DNA of 64,000 nucleotides. Origin: Planctomycetota bacterium (lineage in GTDB: Bacteria; Planctomycetota; UBA8108; SXIK01). The notes under the pieces were generated by a model that was given only the letters and a program-made list of their open reading frames with translations, had not been told where the DNA came from and ran no database searches. The DNA lies in assembly GCA_965223845.1 (NCBI GenBank), contig CBDCXR010000004.1, forward strand, positions 7,552,001 through 7,616,000, read 5' to 3'. Shown here one piece after another: positions 40,925 to 49,725 of this stretch (positions within the stretch are counted from its first letter, which is position 1; every line of letters begins with the position of its first letter). A program made the translations under genes and the position numbers.

Positions 40925-42136
40925 GTGGTGATCGCGCGGGTCGTGTTCTGGGGGGCGGTGGGTCTCGCCGTCGTCGCGTGGTGGTGGGCGGCACCGCGAA
41001 AGGAAGGGCAGGGCGCGGTGGCCGCGCCGCTCATCGTCGGCTCCCATGGGACGCAGCCCGGAGAATTCTTCAAGCCGCGCGCCATCGCGCTCGACGCCGG
41101 AGGTCGGTTTTACGTCGTCGATCGATCGGGGCGCGTGCAGTATTTTTCGGCCGACGGGACGATCGAACGCACGTGGCACTTGCCGGACTACGAGAACGGG
41201 CAGCCGGTCGGGCTGACGGTCGAGTCCGAAGGATCGCTCCTCGTTTGCGACAGTCACTACAGCCGCGTTCTCCGCTACTCGCGCGGCGGCGAAGAGGAGC
41301 TCGCGAGATGGGGGCGATGGGGGACGGGGCCGGGCGAGTTGACGTGGGGGAGGGACGTCGTCGTCGACAGCGCGGGTTTGATTTACGTGGGTGACTACGG
41401 TGGCGGAAACGATCGCATCGTCAAGTTCGCGTCTGACGGGCGCTATCTCGCCAGCTGGGGTTCGGCCGGCGATGCGCCGGGCCAGTTTCAGCGCCCGCAG
41501 GGGATGTGCATCGAGCGCACACCCGACGCCGAGTATCTCCTCGTTGCGGACTGCTCAAATCACCGCGTGCAGAGATTCACGCTCGATGGCGAGCTCGTGC
41601 GCGTCATCGGCGCGATGGGGCGCGGACGAGGTGAGTTTCGCTACCCGATGGCAGTAGCGGTCGGACCCACGGGAGATCTCTTCGTGTGCGAATGGGGAAA
41701 CAATCGCATTCAACGCCTGTCGCCGGAGGGAGAGTGTGTCGGTTTTTGGGGCGGACCCGGGGAGGAGCCCGGCCGGTTGGCGACACCGTGGGATCTAGAG
41801 ATCGACGCGGGCGGCACGATGTATGTCGTCGACTACGGCAACCATCGGGTTCAGATCTTCGAGTGGAGCGATAGTGCGTCGGTCGAGTCAGGGCGACCGG
41901 CCGAGTCGCAGTGGACGCTTCCCGGCCTAGTCGATCGGGAGCCGCAGGGGGCGGTCGATCTTCAGTCCGCGGCGGCGATACTCTCGGGCGATCGGGAGGG
42001 TGTGGAGGCGGCGAACGACGCCGTCGAGGACGAAGACGTCGAGCCCGAGGCTCGAGTCCCGGAGCCGGTGACCCCGTCTCCCCCGGCGAGTGACGGCGCC
42101 CGTTCCCAGGTGCGTACTCTGGAGGCTGGACGATGA
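40925..42136 (+). CDS. NHL-repeat beta-propeller protein with N-terminal membrane anchor
   Basis: Repeats 'G..PGEF.KPRAI', 'PGQFQRPQG', 'GEFRYPMAV', 'D..NHRVQ.F'. Confidence 0.88.
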   Translation: MVIARVVFWGAVGLAVVAWWWAAPRKEGQGAVAAPLIVGSHGTQPGEFFKPRAIALDAGGRFYVVDRSGRVQYFSADGTIERTWHLPDYENGQPVGLTVESEGSLLVCDSHYSRVLRYSRGGEEELARWGRWGTGPGELTWGRDVVVDSAGLIYVGDYGGGNDRIVKFASDGRYLASWGSAGDAPGQFQRPQGMCIERTPDAEYLLVADCSNHRVQRFTLDGELVRVIGAMGRGRGEFRYPMAVAVGPTGDLFVCEWGNNRIQRLSPEGECVGFWGGPGEEPGRLATPWDLEIDAGGTMYVVDYGNHRVQIFEWSDSASVESGRPAESQWTLPGLVDREPQGAVDLQSAAAILSGDREGVEAANDAVEDEDVEPEARVPEPVTPSPPASDGARSQVRTLEAGR

Positions 42137-45100
42137 GTGGACTTCCGATCGCCTTTGGCTCGCCGTGGTGGTTGCTGCTCCTCCTCGGGATTCCGGTGAT
42201 CTTCGTCCTCACCCACCGCAGCCTCTCGGGGCTCCCGCGCGGTCGGAGGTACTTCGCGATTGGACTCCGAACGCTCGTCCTGCTCCTCGTGGTGAGCGCG
42301 CTCGCGGAGATGCGTTTCCTCAAGGACAACGACCGGCTCGCCGTAATCTTCGTCGCGGATCTCTCCGAGAGCATCCCGGCGGCGCAGCGCGAGGCGGAGC
42401 GGGCCTACATGGTCGCGAAGGCGCGCGAGCGCTCGCAGGCGGAGGATCTCGTCGGCGTGGTCACGTTCGGCAAGGTGCCGGGCATCGAGTGGTCACCGAA
42501 GGACGCTCCGCTTCAGCTCGAGAGCTTCACGACGATCATCGAGCCGCAGGCGACGGACATCGCCGCCGGGATCCGGCTCGCCGCGGCGGCGTTCCCGGAC
42601 GACTACGGCAAACGCATCGTCCTACTCACCGACGGCAATCAGAACCGCGGAGACGTGGTCGAGGAGATCTACAACGCGCGGGCGATGGGGATCACGGTCG
42701 ACGTCGTTCCCATCACCTACGCGTACGGAGCGGAGATCTCGGTCGACAAGATCCTCGTCGAGCCGGAGCAGCACGTCGGCGAGCCCTTCGACCTCCGTGT
42801 GGTCGTCGAGTCGACGAAGGAGACGCAGGCCGAGCTGCAGCTCTTTCAAAACGGCCAGATGGTTCCGCAGGAGAATCCGATCGTCGAACTCTCGCCGGGG
42901 AGAAATGTCTTCGACTTCACGGGTCGGCGTGTCGATTCCGTCGGGCCGGTGAACTTCGAGGCGCGTATCGATCCGGTCAACGCGGCCGACGACAACGTCT
43001 TTCAAAACAACGCGGCGGCCGGATTCACGTTCGTCGGCGGCGAGCCGAAAGTCCTCCTCTGCTCGAACGACGCCGACGGCGACGCGGGCCTCCTCCGCGC
43101 GCTGCGCGAGGAGAACATCACGGTGGACGTGGTGCCTCCGGTCGGCCTCCCGGGGGAGATTCAGGACTACCTCCAGTACGACGGGATCATCGTCTCGAAC
43201 GTCGCGGCGACTCGTCTCTCCGATGCGACCATGAAGATGTTCGAGTCCCTCGTGAAGACCGTCGGGCTCGGATTCGTGATGATCGGGGGCGACGAGAGCT
43301 TCGGGGCCGGCGCGTACAAGGGGACGCCGGTCGAACGGCTTCTCCCGGTCGAAATGGACGTGAAGAACAAGAAGATCATGCCGAACGGCGCGATCGCCTT
43401 CGTCGTTCATTCGTGCGAGCTCGGAAACGGAAACCTCTGGGCGCGGCGCGTGATTCAGCGCGGGATCCAGATCCTCTCGCCGCGTGACTTTGCGGGGGTC
43501 ATCTCCTACGAGGCCGGTACGGATCGTTGGCTCTTTCCGATGTGGAGCGTGGCGCGTCGGCGCGAGATGCTCTCGCTTCTCCGGGGTTTCAATCCGGGAG
43601 ACATGCCGTCGTTCCTCAACATCGTCGATATGGCCTATAAGGGCCTCCGGGCGACGACCGCATCGATTCGCCACATGGTGATCCTCACCGACGGCGATCC
43701 CACCCCGCCGACGACTCAGACCGTGTCTCAGATCCGAGCCGCGGGGATCACGATTTCGACGATCGTCTACGGCTCCCACGGAGTTTCACCGGTTGCGATG
43801 AAGCAGCTCGCGGCGCAGGGCGGCGGCAACTTCCACATGCTTCAGGGGCCGGATCAGCTTCCGGAGATCTTCATTCGCGAGACGACGACGATCACAAAAT
43901 CGCTGATCAACGAGGAGACGTTCACTCCGATCAAGCAGCACGGACATCCGATCCTCACCGGAGTCGGTGACGCGGGGATGCCCTCTCTCGACGGCTACGT
44001 CCTCACTTCGCCGAAGTCGCTCGCGACCGTCCCGATCGTCCACCCGCCCGTGCCGGAGGACCCCACTCTCGACCCGATCCTCGCAGCGTGGAACTACGGT
44101 CTCGGTAAGGCGGTGGCGTTCACTTCGGACAGCGGCCACCGCTGGGGCCAAGGCTGGGTGTCCTGGTCCCAGTACCGCCAGTTCTGGGGGCAGTGCGTGC
44201 GGTGGACGATGCGCTCGCGGAGCGACGATCGCTTTCGCGTAACCCGTTCGATCGCCGGGGCGACGGCGAAGCTGCACATCGACGCGCTCACTCCCGACGG
44301 AAGATTCATCAACGGACTCGACATCCAGGGTACGGTCGTTTCGCCCGACTACGAGTCCACGGGGATCACCGTCCGGCAGACCGCACCCGGCAGCTACGAA
44401 GCGTCCTTCCCGATCGCGAAGAAAGGTACCTATACCGTTACGCTCGCCTACGAGCGTGACGGAGTGCGGCAATCGTACGTCACCGGCGTGAGCGTCCCCT
44501 ATTCAGCCGAGTACCGGAAGCTGGCGACGAACCACGATCTGCTCACGAAGATCGCGGCGGCCGGCGAAGGCCGCTACATCGCCGACGTCGAAGGCGCTGA
44601 GTTTTTCAGTCGGGATTTTCCGAAGACGCGAGACGTACAAGACGTGTGGGACGCGCTCCTCATCTTCGCGGTGTGCTTCTTTTTCGTCGACGTATTCGTT
44701 CGGCGCGTCACGATCGACTATCGCCGCGCGATCGCTCGCGGCTGGGAGCGAGTTCTCGCGGTACTGATGTTCCGGCGACTAGAACCCGCTCCGACGGACG
44801 CTCGCCTCGCGACCCTCCTCGAGCGAAAGGCGAAGCTGCGCGAGGCGACGGAGAGCCGCTATCGAGCCGCGGAGGAGCGCGCGGCGCGCGGCGAGACGGT
44901 CGTTCGTCCCGCGAAGGACGGGACGACCGGGCCGCGAGTCGCTCGACCGGCGTCTCCCCCCGCCGGGGCGGATGACGCATCGAGCGAAGAAGCCGCCCGC
45001 GCGGCGGACGAAACGCTGGCCGCGTTCTCGGGGCGGCCGTCCTCGTCGGCGGGCAAGTCGGACGATGCCGCGAAGGCGGACGGGGCCAAACCCGAGGCGG

Positions 45101-45204
45101 AAGAGAAGAAACCTCCGGAGCCATCGGGCGGCGCGTACACCGCGCGACTGCTCGAGGCCAAGAAACGAGCGCTCAAGGACAAGGAAGACCAGGGAGACCG
45201 CTGA
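42133..45204 (+). CDS. Membrane vWA-domain protein with glutamine-amidotransferase-like domain
   Basis: N-terminal 'FGSPWWLLLL'; MIDAS 'DLSES', 'LLTDGNQN'; 'IGGDESFGAGAY..TPVE.LLPV'; second vWA 'ILTDG'; 'YGLGKAVAFTSD'. Confidence 0.85.
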   Translation: MSGLPIAFGSPWWLLLLLGIPVIFVLTHRSLSGLPRGRRYFAIGLRTLVLLLVVSALAEMRFLKDNDRLAVIFVADLSESIPAAQREAERAYMVAKARERSQAEDLVGVVTFGKVPGIEWSPKDAPLQLESFTTIIEPQATDIAAGIRLAAAAFPDDYGKRIVLLTDGNQNRGDVVEEIYNARAMGITVDVVPITYAYGAEISVDKILVEPEQHVGEPFDLRVVVESTKETQAELQLFQNGQMVPQENPIVELSPGRNVFDFTGRRVDSVGPVNFEARIDPVNAADDNVFQNNAAAGFTFVGGEPKVLLCSNDADGDAGLLRALREENITVDVVPPVGLPGEIQDYLQYDGIIVSNVAATRLSDATMKMFESLVKTVGLGFVMIGGDESFGAGAYKGTPVERLLPVEMDVKNKKIMPNGAIAFVVHSCELGNGNLWARRVIQRGIQILSPRDFAGVISYEAGTDRWLFPMWSVARRREMLSLLRGFNPGDMPSFLNIVDMAYKGLRATTASIRHMVILTDGDPTPPTTQTVSQIRAAGITISTIVYGSHGVSPVAMKQLAAQGGGNFHMLQGPDQLPEIFIRETTTITKSLINEETFTPIKQHGHPILTGVGDAGMPSLDGYVLTSPKSLATVPIVHPPVPEDPTLDPILAAWNYGLGKAVAFTSDSGHRWGQGWVSWSQYRQFWGQCVRWTMRSRSDDRFRVTRSIAGATAKLHIDALTPDGRFINGLDIQGTVVSPDYESTGITVRQTAPGSYEASFPIAKKGTYTVTLAYERDGVRQSYVTGVSVPYSAEYRKLATNHDLLTKIAAAGEGRYIADVEGAEFFSRDFPKTRDVQDVWDALLIFAVCFFFVDVFVRRVTIDYRRAIARGWERVLAVLMFRRLEPAPTDARLATLLERKAKLREATESRYRAAEERAARGETVVRPAKDGTTGPRVARPASPPAGADDASSEEAARAADETLAAFSGRPSSSAGKSDDAAKADGAKPEAEEKKPPEPSGGAYTARLLEAKKRALKDKEDQGDR

Positions 45205-46209
45205 ATGAGCACCGTGAACACCGAGGAGATGGCGGCGAAAGCGGCCGAGTTCCGCGACAAGTTCAAATCCGTCCGGGACGAAGTCGCCAAGATGATCGTC
45301 GGCCAGACGGAGATCATCGACGACGTTCTCATCGCTCTCTTCGCGGGTGGCAATTGCCTGCTCGAAGGCGTGCCCGGCCTCGGAAAGACGCTGCTGGTTC
45401 GCACGCTGAGCGAGGTCCTCGATCTCTCGTTCTCCCGCATCCAATTCACGCCCGATCTCATGCCCGCGGACATCATCGGGACGACGATCGTGTCGGTTGA
45501 CGACGAAGGGCGGCGGAGCTTCCAGTTCCAGCGTGGTCCGATCTTCGGGCAGATCGTACTCGCCGACGAAGTGAACCGAGCGACGCCGAAGACGCAATCC
45601 GCGCTGCTCGAGGCGATGCAGGAAAAGAGCGTGACCGTCGGCGGTGAGAACCACGTCCTCCAGCAACCGTTCACCGTTCTTGCGACGCAAAACCCCCTCG
45701 AGATGGACGGGACGTATCCACTCCCCGAAGCGCAGCTCGATCGCTTCATGTTCAAGCTGCTCGTTCGGTATCCGTCGCGAGAGGATCTTTCGACGGTGCT
45801 CGATCGCACGGTCGATCCCTACGATGGCGCGCGGGAGCGCATCATGGACGGCCCCGAGATCGAGGAGTGGAAGACGCTCGTGCGGCAGGTCGTCGTCGCT
45901 CCGCACGTCAAGGACTACGCGGTCCGCCTCGTTCTCGCGACCCACCCGGGAAGCGACTACGCGACCGAGAAGGTCAACCAGTACGTGCGCTACGGCTCGA
46001 GTCCCCGCGGTGCGCAGGCTTTGCTGCTCTCGGCGAAGATCCACGCGCTGCTCGACGCCCGCTACAACTCGAGCTTTCAGGATGTGAAGCGATCAGCCCA
46101 TGCGGTCCTTCGCCATCGCATCCTGCTCAATTTTGAAGGCGAAGCGGAATCGGTCGACACCGACACGGTGATCGACGAAGTCATCGCGAAGGTCGCGGAC
46201 ACCGAGTAG
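45205..46209 (+). CDS. moxR: MoxR-family AAA+ ATPase
   Basis: 'LEGVPGLGKT', 'RIQFTPDLMPAD', 'LADEVNRATPKTQSALLEAM', 'ATQNP.E..GTYPLPEAQLDRF'. Confidence 0.95.
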   Translation: MSTVNTEEMAAKAAEFRDKFKSVRDEVAKMIVGQTEIIDDVLIALFAGGNCLLEGVPGLGKTLLVRTLSEVLDLSFSRIQFTPDLMPADIIGTTIVSVDDEGRRSFQFQRGPIFGQIVLADEVNRATPKTQSALLEAMQEKSVTVGGENHVLQQPFTVLATQNPLEMDGTYPLPEAQLDRFMFKLLVRYPSREDLSTVLDRTVDPYDGARERIMDGPEIEEWKTLVRQVVVAPHVKDYAVRLVLATHPGSDYATEKVNQYVRYGSSPRGAQALLLSAKIHALLDARYNSSFQDVKRSAHAVLRHRILLNFEGEAESVDTDTVIDEVIAKVADTE

Positions 46210-46213
46210 GCCC

Positions 46214-47113
46214 GTGAAGACCGAAAAGCGTCTCCTCGACGAGGATTTCATCGCGAAGATCGAGCAGCTCGAGCTCGTCTCCAAGCGCGTCGTCGCCGGC
46301 CTTCTGAAGGGCGACCGCTTGTCGAAGCGGCGCGGGTACTCGAATGAATTCGCCGACTTTCGCGCGTACGTTCCGGGAGATGATCTGCGTTACCTCGATT
46401 GGAACGTCTACAGTCGACTCGACCGGCTGTTCATTAAGATCTTTCTCGAGGAAGAGGATCTTCGCCTCAGCATCCTGATCGACCGAAGTCCGTCGATGGA
46501 CTACGGTGATCCGAACAAGTTTCTCTTCGCGAAGCAGCTCGCCGCCGCGCTCGGATACATCGGACTCGTCAACCAGGACCGCGTCCAGGTTGCGGGATTC
46601 GCTCAGACGCTCCAGCCGATCTTTGGCCCCTCGCGCGGGCGCCGCCAGGCGCGCCGACTCTTCGACGTGCTGCAGAATCTCGAGTGCGACGACGCGCCGG
46701 GAACGGATCTCTCGGTCGCGTGCCGCCGATTCGCGCAGTCGCTCCGCGGCGGCGGAATCGTCGTGCTCGTCTCCGACCTCTTGGACCGCCAGGGATTCGA
46801 GGGCGCGCTGCGCTACTTGCTCGCGGCGGGGCGCGCGAGCGAGATCCTCGTGTTCCACGTCCTCAGTCCGGAGGAACTCTCGCCTCAGCTCACGGGCGAC
46901 CTTCGACTCGTCGACGTCGAAGACGGTGCCGTCTCGGAGATCTCGATCAGCTCCCGTCTTCTCGATCGCTACCAGAAGACTCTCGCGACGTTTTGCGCGG
47001 AAGTGAGGGAGTATTGTTCTGCGCGGGGAATGCACTACGTGCCGACGTCGAGCGCGCAGCCGTTCTCGGATCTCGTCCTCGGCTACCTCAGGCGGCGGGG
47101 ACTCGTGCGATGA
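46214..47113 (+). CDS. DUF58 domain protein (MoxR-associated)
   Basis: 'G.S.EFADFR.YVPGDDLRYLDW', 'IDRSPSM', 'VSD'. Confidence 0.9.
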   Translation: MKTEKRLLDEDFIAKIEQLELVSKRVVAGLLKGDRLSKRRGYSNEFADFRAYVPGDDLRYLDWNVYSRLDRLFIKIFLEEEDLRLSILIDRSPSMDYGDPNKFLFAKQLAAALGYIGLVNQDRVQVAGFAQTLQPIFGPSRGRRQARRLFDVLQNLECDDAPGTDLSVACRRFAQSLRGGGIVVLVSDLLDRQGFEGALRYLLAAGRASEILVFHVLSPEELSPQLTGDLRLVDVEDGAVSEISISSRLLDRYQKTLATFCAEVREYCSARGMHYVPTSSAQPFSDLVLGYLRRRGLVR

Positions 47114-47198
47114 CGTGGACGCATCTCAGCTTGCGCCTCGATCGTGAACGGCGGATCCGCGCGCGCGAGCACGCACCTCGTTCGGAGTCGACTGAGCG

Positions 47199-49142
47199 AT
47201 GACCTGGACTCCGATCTACTGGCTTCTCCTCTTCCTTCCGGCGTTGATCGCGCTCTATTTCCTCAAGCTGAAGCGCGTAGAGGCCGTCGTCTCGAGCACG
47301 ATCCTCTGGCGGCGCTCGGTCGAGGATCTGCATGTGAACGCGCCGTTTCAGAAACTGAGGCGGAGCCTCCTCCTCCTTCTTCAGCTCCTCATTCTCGCCG
47401 CGTTGATCATCGCGCTCTGGCGGCCCCGTTCGGTCGGCGAGCTCGAAGCGGGGCGCAATATGCTGCTTCTCATCGACCGCTCGGCGAGCATGTCCGCTGA
47501 AGATGGCGACGGGACGAGGCTCGACGCGGCGAAGGCCCGCGCGCGCGAGTTGATCGAGGCGATGAAATCGGGGGACCGTGCCGCCGTCCTGACGTTCGCG
47601 GCGCGGACGCAAACGATCGAACCGATCACGAGCGATACCGGATCGCTTCTCCGTGCCGTCGAGTCGATCGAGGTGACGGCCGCACCCACGAATCTCGTCC
47701 AAGCATTGACGGTCGCCGGCGCGCTTGCCGACGCGCTTCCCGGAAGCGTCGTGCAGGTGCTCGGAGACGGCTGTTATGTCGATCCAGAGACGCTCCCCGA
47801 AGAGGTGAAGCGTCAGAACGTCCAGTTTCACAGTTCGGCGACGGCGATCGACAATGTCGCGATCGTCGACGCGGACGTCCGGCACACGTTCGAAACGCGC
47901 CAGAGAACCGAGGTTCTCGCCGTCGTCGAAAACGCGGGCGCGAGCGAGTGGAAGGGAACCGTCGGAATCTACTTCGAACCGGACGAATCGCCGGACGGGG
48001 ACGACGGGGGGCCGACGCTCCGCGACGCGGACGAGCTCACGATCCCACCGGGTCAATCGAGGCCGGCTCTCTTCGACGCGAGTGAGTACGGCGCCGGGAT
48101 GGCGAGGATCGAGATCGACGCCGGAGACGGGCTCGGCGTCGACGACCGCGCCTGGGTGAGGATCGACTTCCCCGACCCCGTGCGGGTCAAGTTCGTCGGG
48201 GTAGAGAACGAGTGGATCGAGCTCGTTCTCAAAGCGAGTCGGCGGGTTCGCTCCAGTCGGCTCACGCTCGCCGAATACGAGGACGCGGTGCGCGGAGTCG
48301 CGCGCGACGACGTGAGCGAGACTCTCGCCGCCGACGTGGTGATCTTCGATCGCGAAGCCCCGAGCGCGCTACCGGTGTTGCCGTCCCTCTTCATCGGGTG
48401 CGTCCCTCCGCTCCCGCTATTCGAGAAGCGAACCGCCGTCGAGTATCCGCAGATCATCGACAAGGACGGCAATCACCCCGTCAACCGCTTCCTCACGTAC
48501 ACTGATCTCTCGATCGAGAAGGCGTCGATCTTTCCCGAGTCGAACGAGCTCCGTCCGATCGTGCACTCGGACGAGGGGCCGCTCGTCGCGACGCTCCACC
48601 ATCGCGAACCGGGTGCATCGCCGGTTCCGTACCTGCTCGTCGGGTTCAACATCCTCGACTCGAACTGGCCGCTGGGGCACTACTCGTTCCCGATTTTCTT
48701 CGCGAACGCCGTCGAGTGGCTCCGCCGTGAGGAGGGAGGTGCGCAGAGCCGGTTTCGAACGGGCGAACCGCTCGTCTTCCGTCCTCCGCGCGGAGAGGAC
48801 GAAGCGGATTGGGCGGCCGCGCGCATTCAGACTCCGAGCGGGGCGACTCGCATCCCGACGCGCGATGAGGACGGCGCCATCGTCCTCGCGTCGACGAACG
48901 AGGTAGGGCTCTACAGCATCCTCGCGGGTGACGCGCGGAGAGCGCGGGTGGCCGTCGGACTCCTCAGCTCGGCGGAGTCCCGACTTTCCCCGCGGGAGAA
49001 GATCAACTTCGGCGCCTACGAGGTCACGGTCTCCACCGAAGCCGAACAGGGGACGACCCACTACTGGAAGTGGTTCGCCTTGGCTGCAGTTCTCGTTCTC
49101 TTCGGCGAATGGTACGTGTACAACCGGCGATTGGGGATGTGA
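47199..49142 (+). CDS. BatA-domain + vWA membrane protein
   Basis: 'LYFLKLKR...VSSTILW', 'LLLLLQLL', MIDAS 'IDRSASM', C-terminal TM ending 'EWYVYNRR'. Confidence 0.88.
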   Translation: MTWTPIYWLLLFLPALIALYFLKLKRVEAVVSSTILWRRSVEDLHVNAPFQKLRRSLLLLLQLLILAALIIALWRPRSVGELEAGRNMLLLIDRSASMSAEDGDGTRLDAAKARARELIEAMKSGDRAAVLTFAARTQTIEPITSDTGSLLRAVESIEVTAAPTNLVQALTVAGALADALPGSVVQVLGDGCYVDPETLPEEVKRQNVQFHSSATAIDNVAIVDADVRHTFETRQRTEVLAVVENAGASEWKGTVGIYFEPDESPDGDDGGPTLRDADELTIPPGQSRPALFDASEYGAGMARIEIDAGDGLGVDDRAWVRIDFPDPVRVKFVGVENEWIELVLKASRRVRSSRLTLAEYEDAVRGVARDDVSETLAADVVIFDREAPSALPVLPSLFIGCVPPLPLFEKRTAVEYPQIIDKDGNHPVNRFLTYTDLSIEKASIFPESNELRPIVHSDEGPLVATLHHREPGASPVPYLLVGFNILDSNWPLGHYSFPIFFANAVEWLRREEGGAQSRFRTGEPLVFRPPRGEDEADWAAARIQTPSGATRIPTRDEDGAIVLASTNEVGLYSILAGDARRARVAVGLLSSAESRLSPREKINFGAYEVTVSTEAEQGTTHYWKWFALAAVLVLFGEWYVYNRRLGM

Positions 49143-49314
49143 GCGCCGCCGCTCGTCCGCTGAAATCCTGCTAACCCGGATTTCTCACCAGAATGGGTGA
49201 GCGCAGCGGCGAGCCGCCGTAGAATCGTAGCGATGCTCGGCGAACGCCATCGGCGACCAACCGGAAACGCTGAACTCATCCTCCGTTTCGCTCACGGAGC
49301 AACCGACTCGAACG

Positions 49315-49671
49315 ATGGATCCCTGCCCGCACTGCGGAGAACCGGTCGCTCCTCACGCTGAGGCTTGCCCTCACTGCGGGAGCGATTTCGAGACGGGGTG
49401 GAACCCCGATGCGGAGTACTACTCCGTCGAGCTCCCAGAGTTCGACGACGACGACGTGCTCGAGGTGGGTGAGTCGCGAAAGGAGCCCGCGCCCGTCAAT
49501 ATCGAACCGATCGTCGGGTCGGTCCTCGTCGCGGTCTCGGCGCTCGGCTTCGTCTTCATCACTCGGGCGGTGGAAAATCCGACGGGCATGCTCGCCGTCG
49601 TCCTCCTCTGCGCGAGCTATTTCGTCTACTCGACGCAGGTGCGCTCCCAGAGTCGCGAACGGTTTCGGTAG
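49315..49671 (+). CDS. Zinc-ribbon small membrane protein
   Basis: 'CPHCG...CPHCGSD..TGW' followed by two TM helices. Confidence 0.65.
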   Translation: MDPCPHCGEPVAPHAEACPHCGSDFETGWNPDAEYYSVELPEFDDDDVLEVGESRKEPAPVNIEPIVGSVLVAVSALGFVFITRAVENPTGMLAVVLLCASYFVYSTQVRSQSRERFR

Positions 49672-49725
49672 ACAAAGCTCATCGACGGATCGCGCGGGAC
49701 CGGTTCCCGCCGCGGGGCGCGTGGA

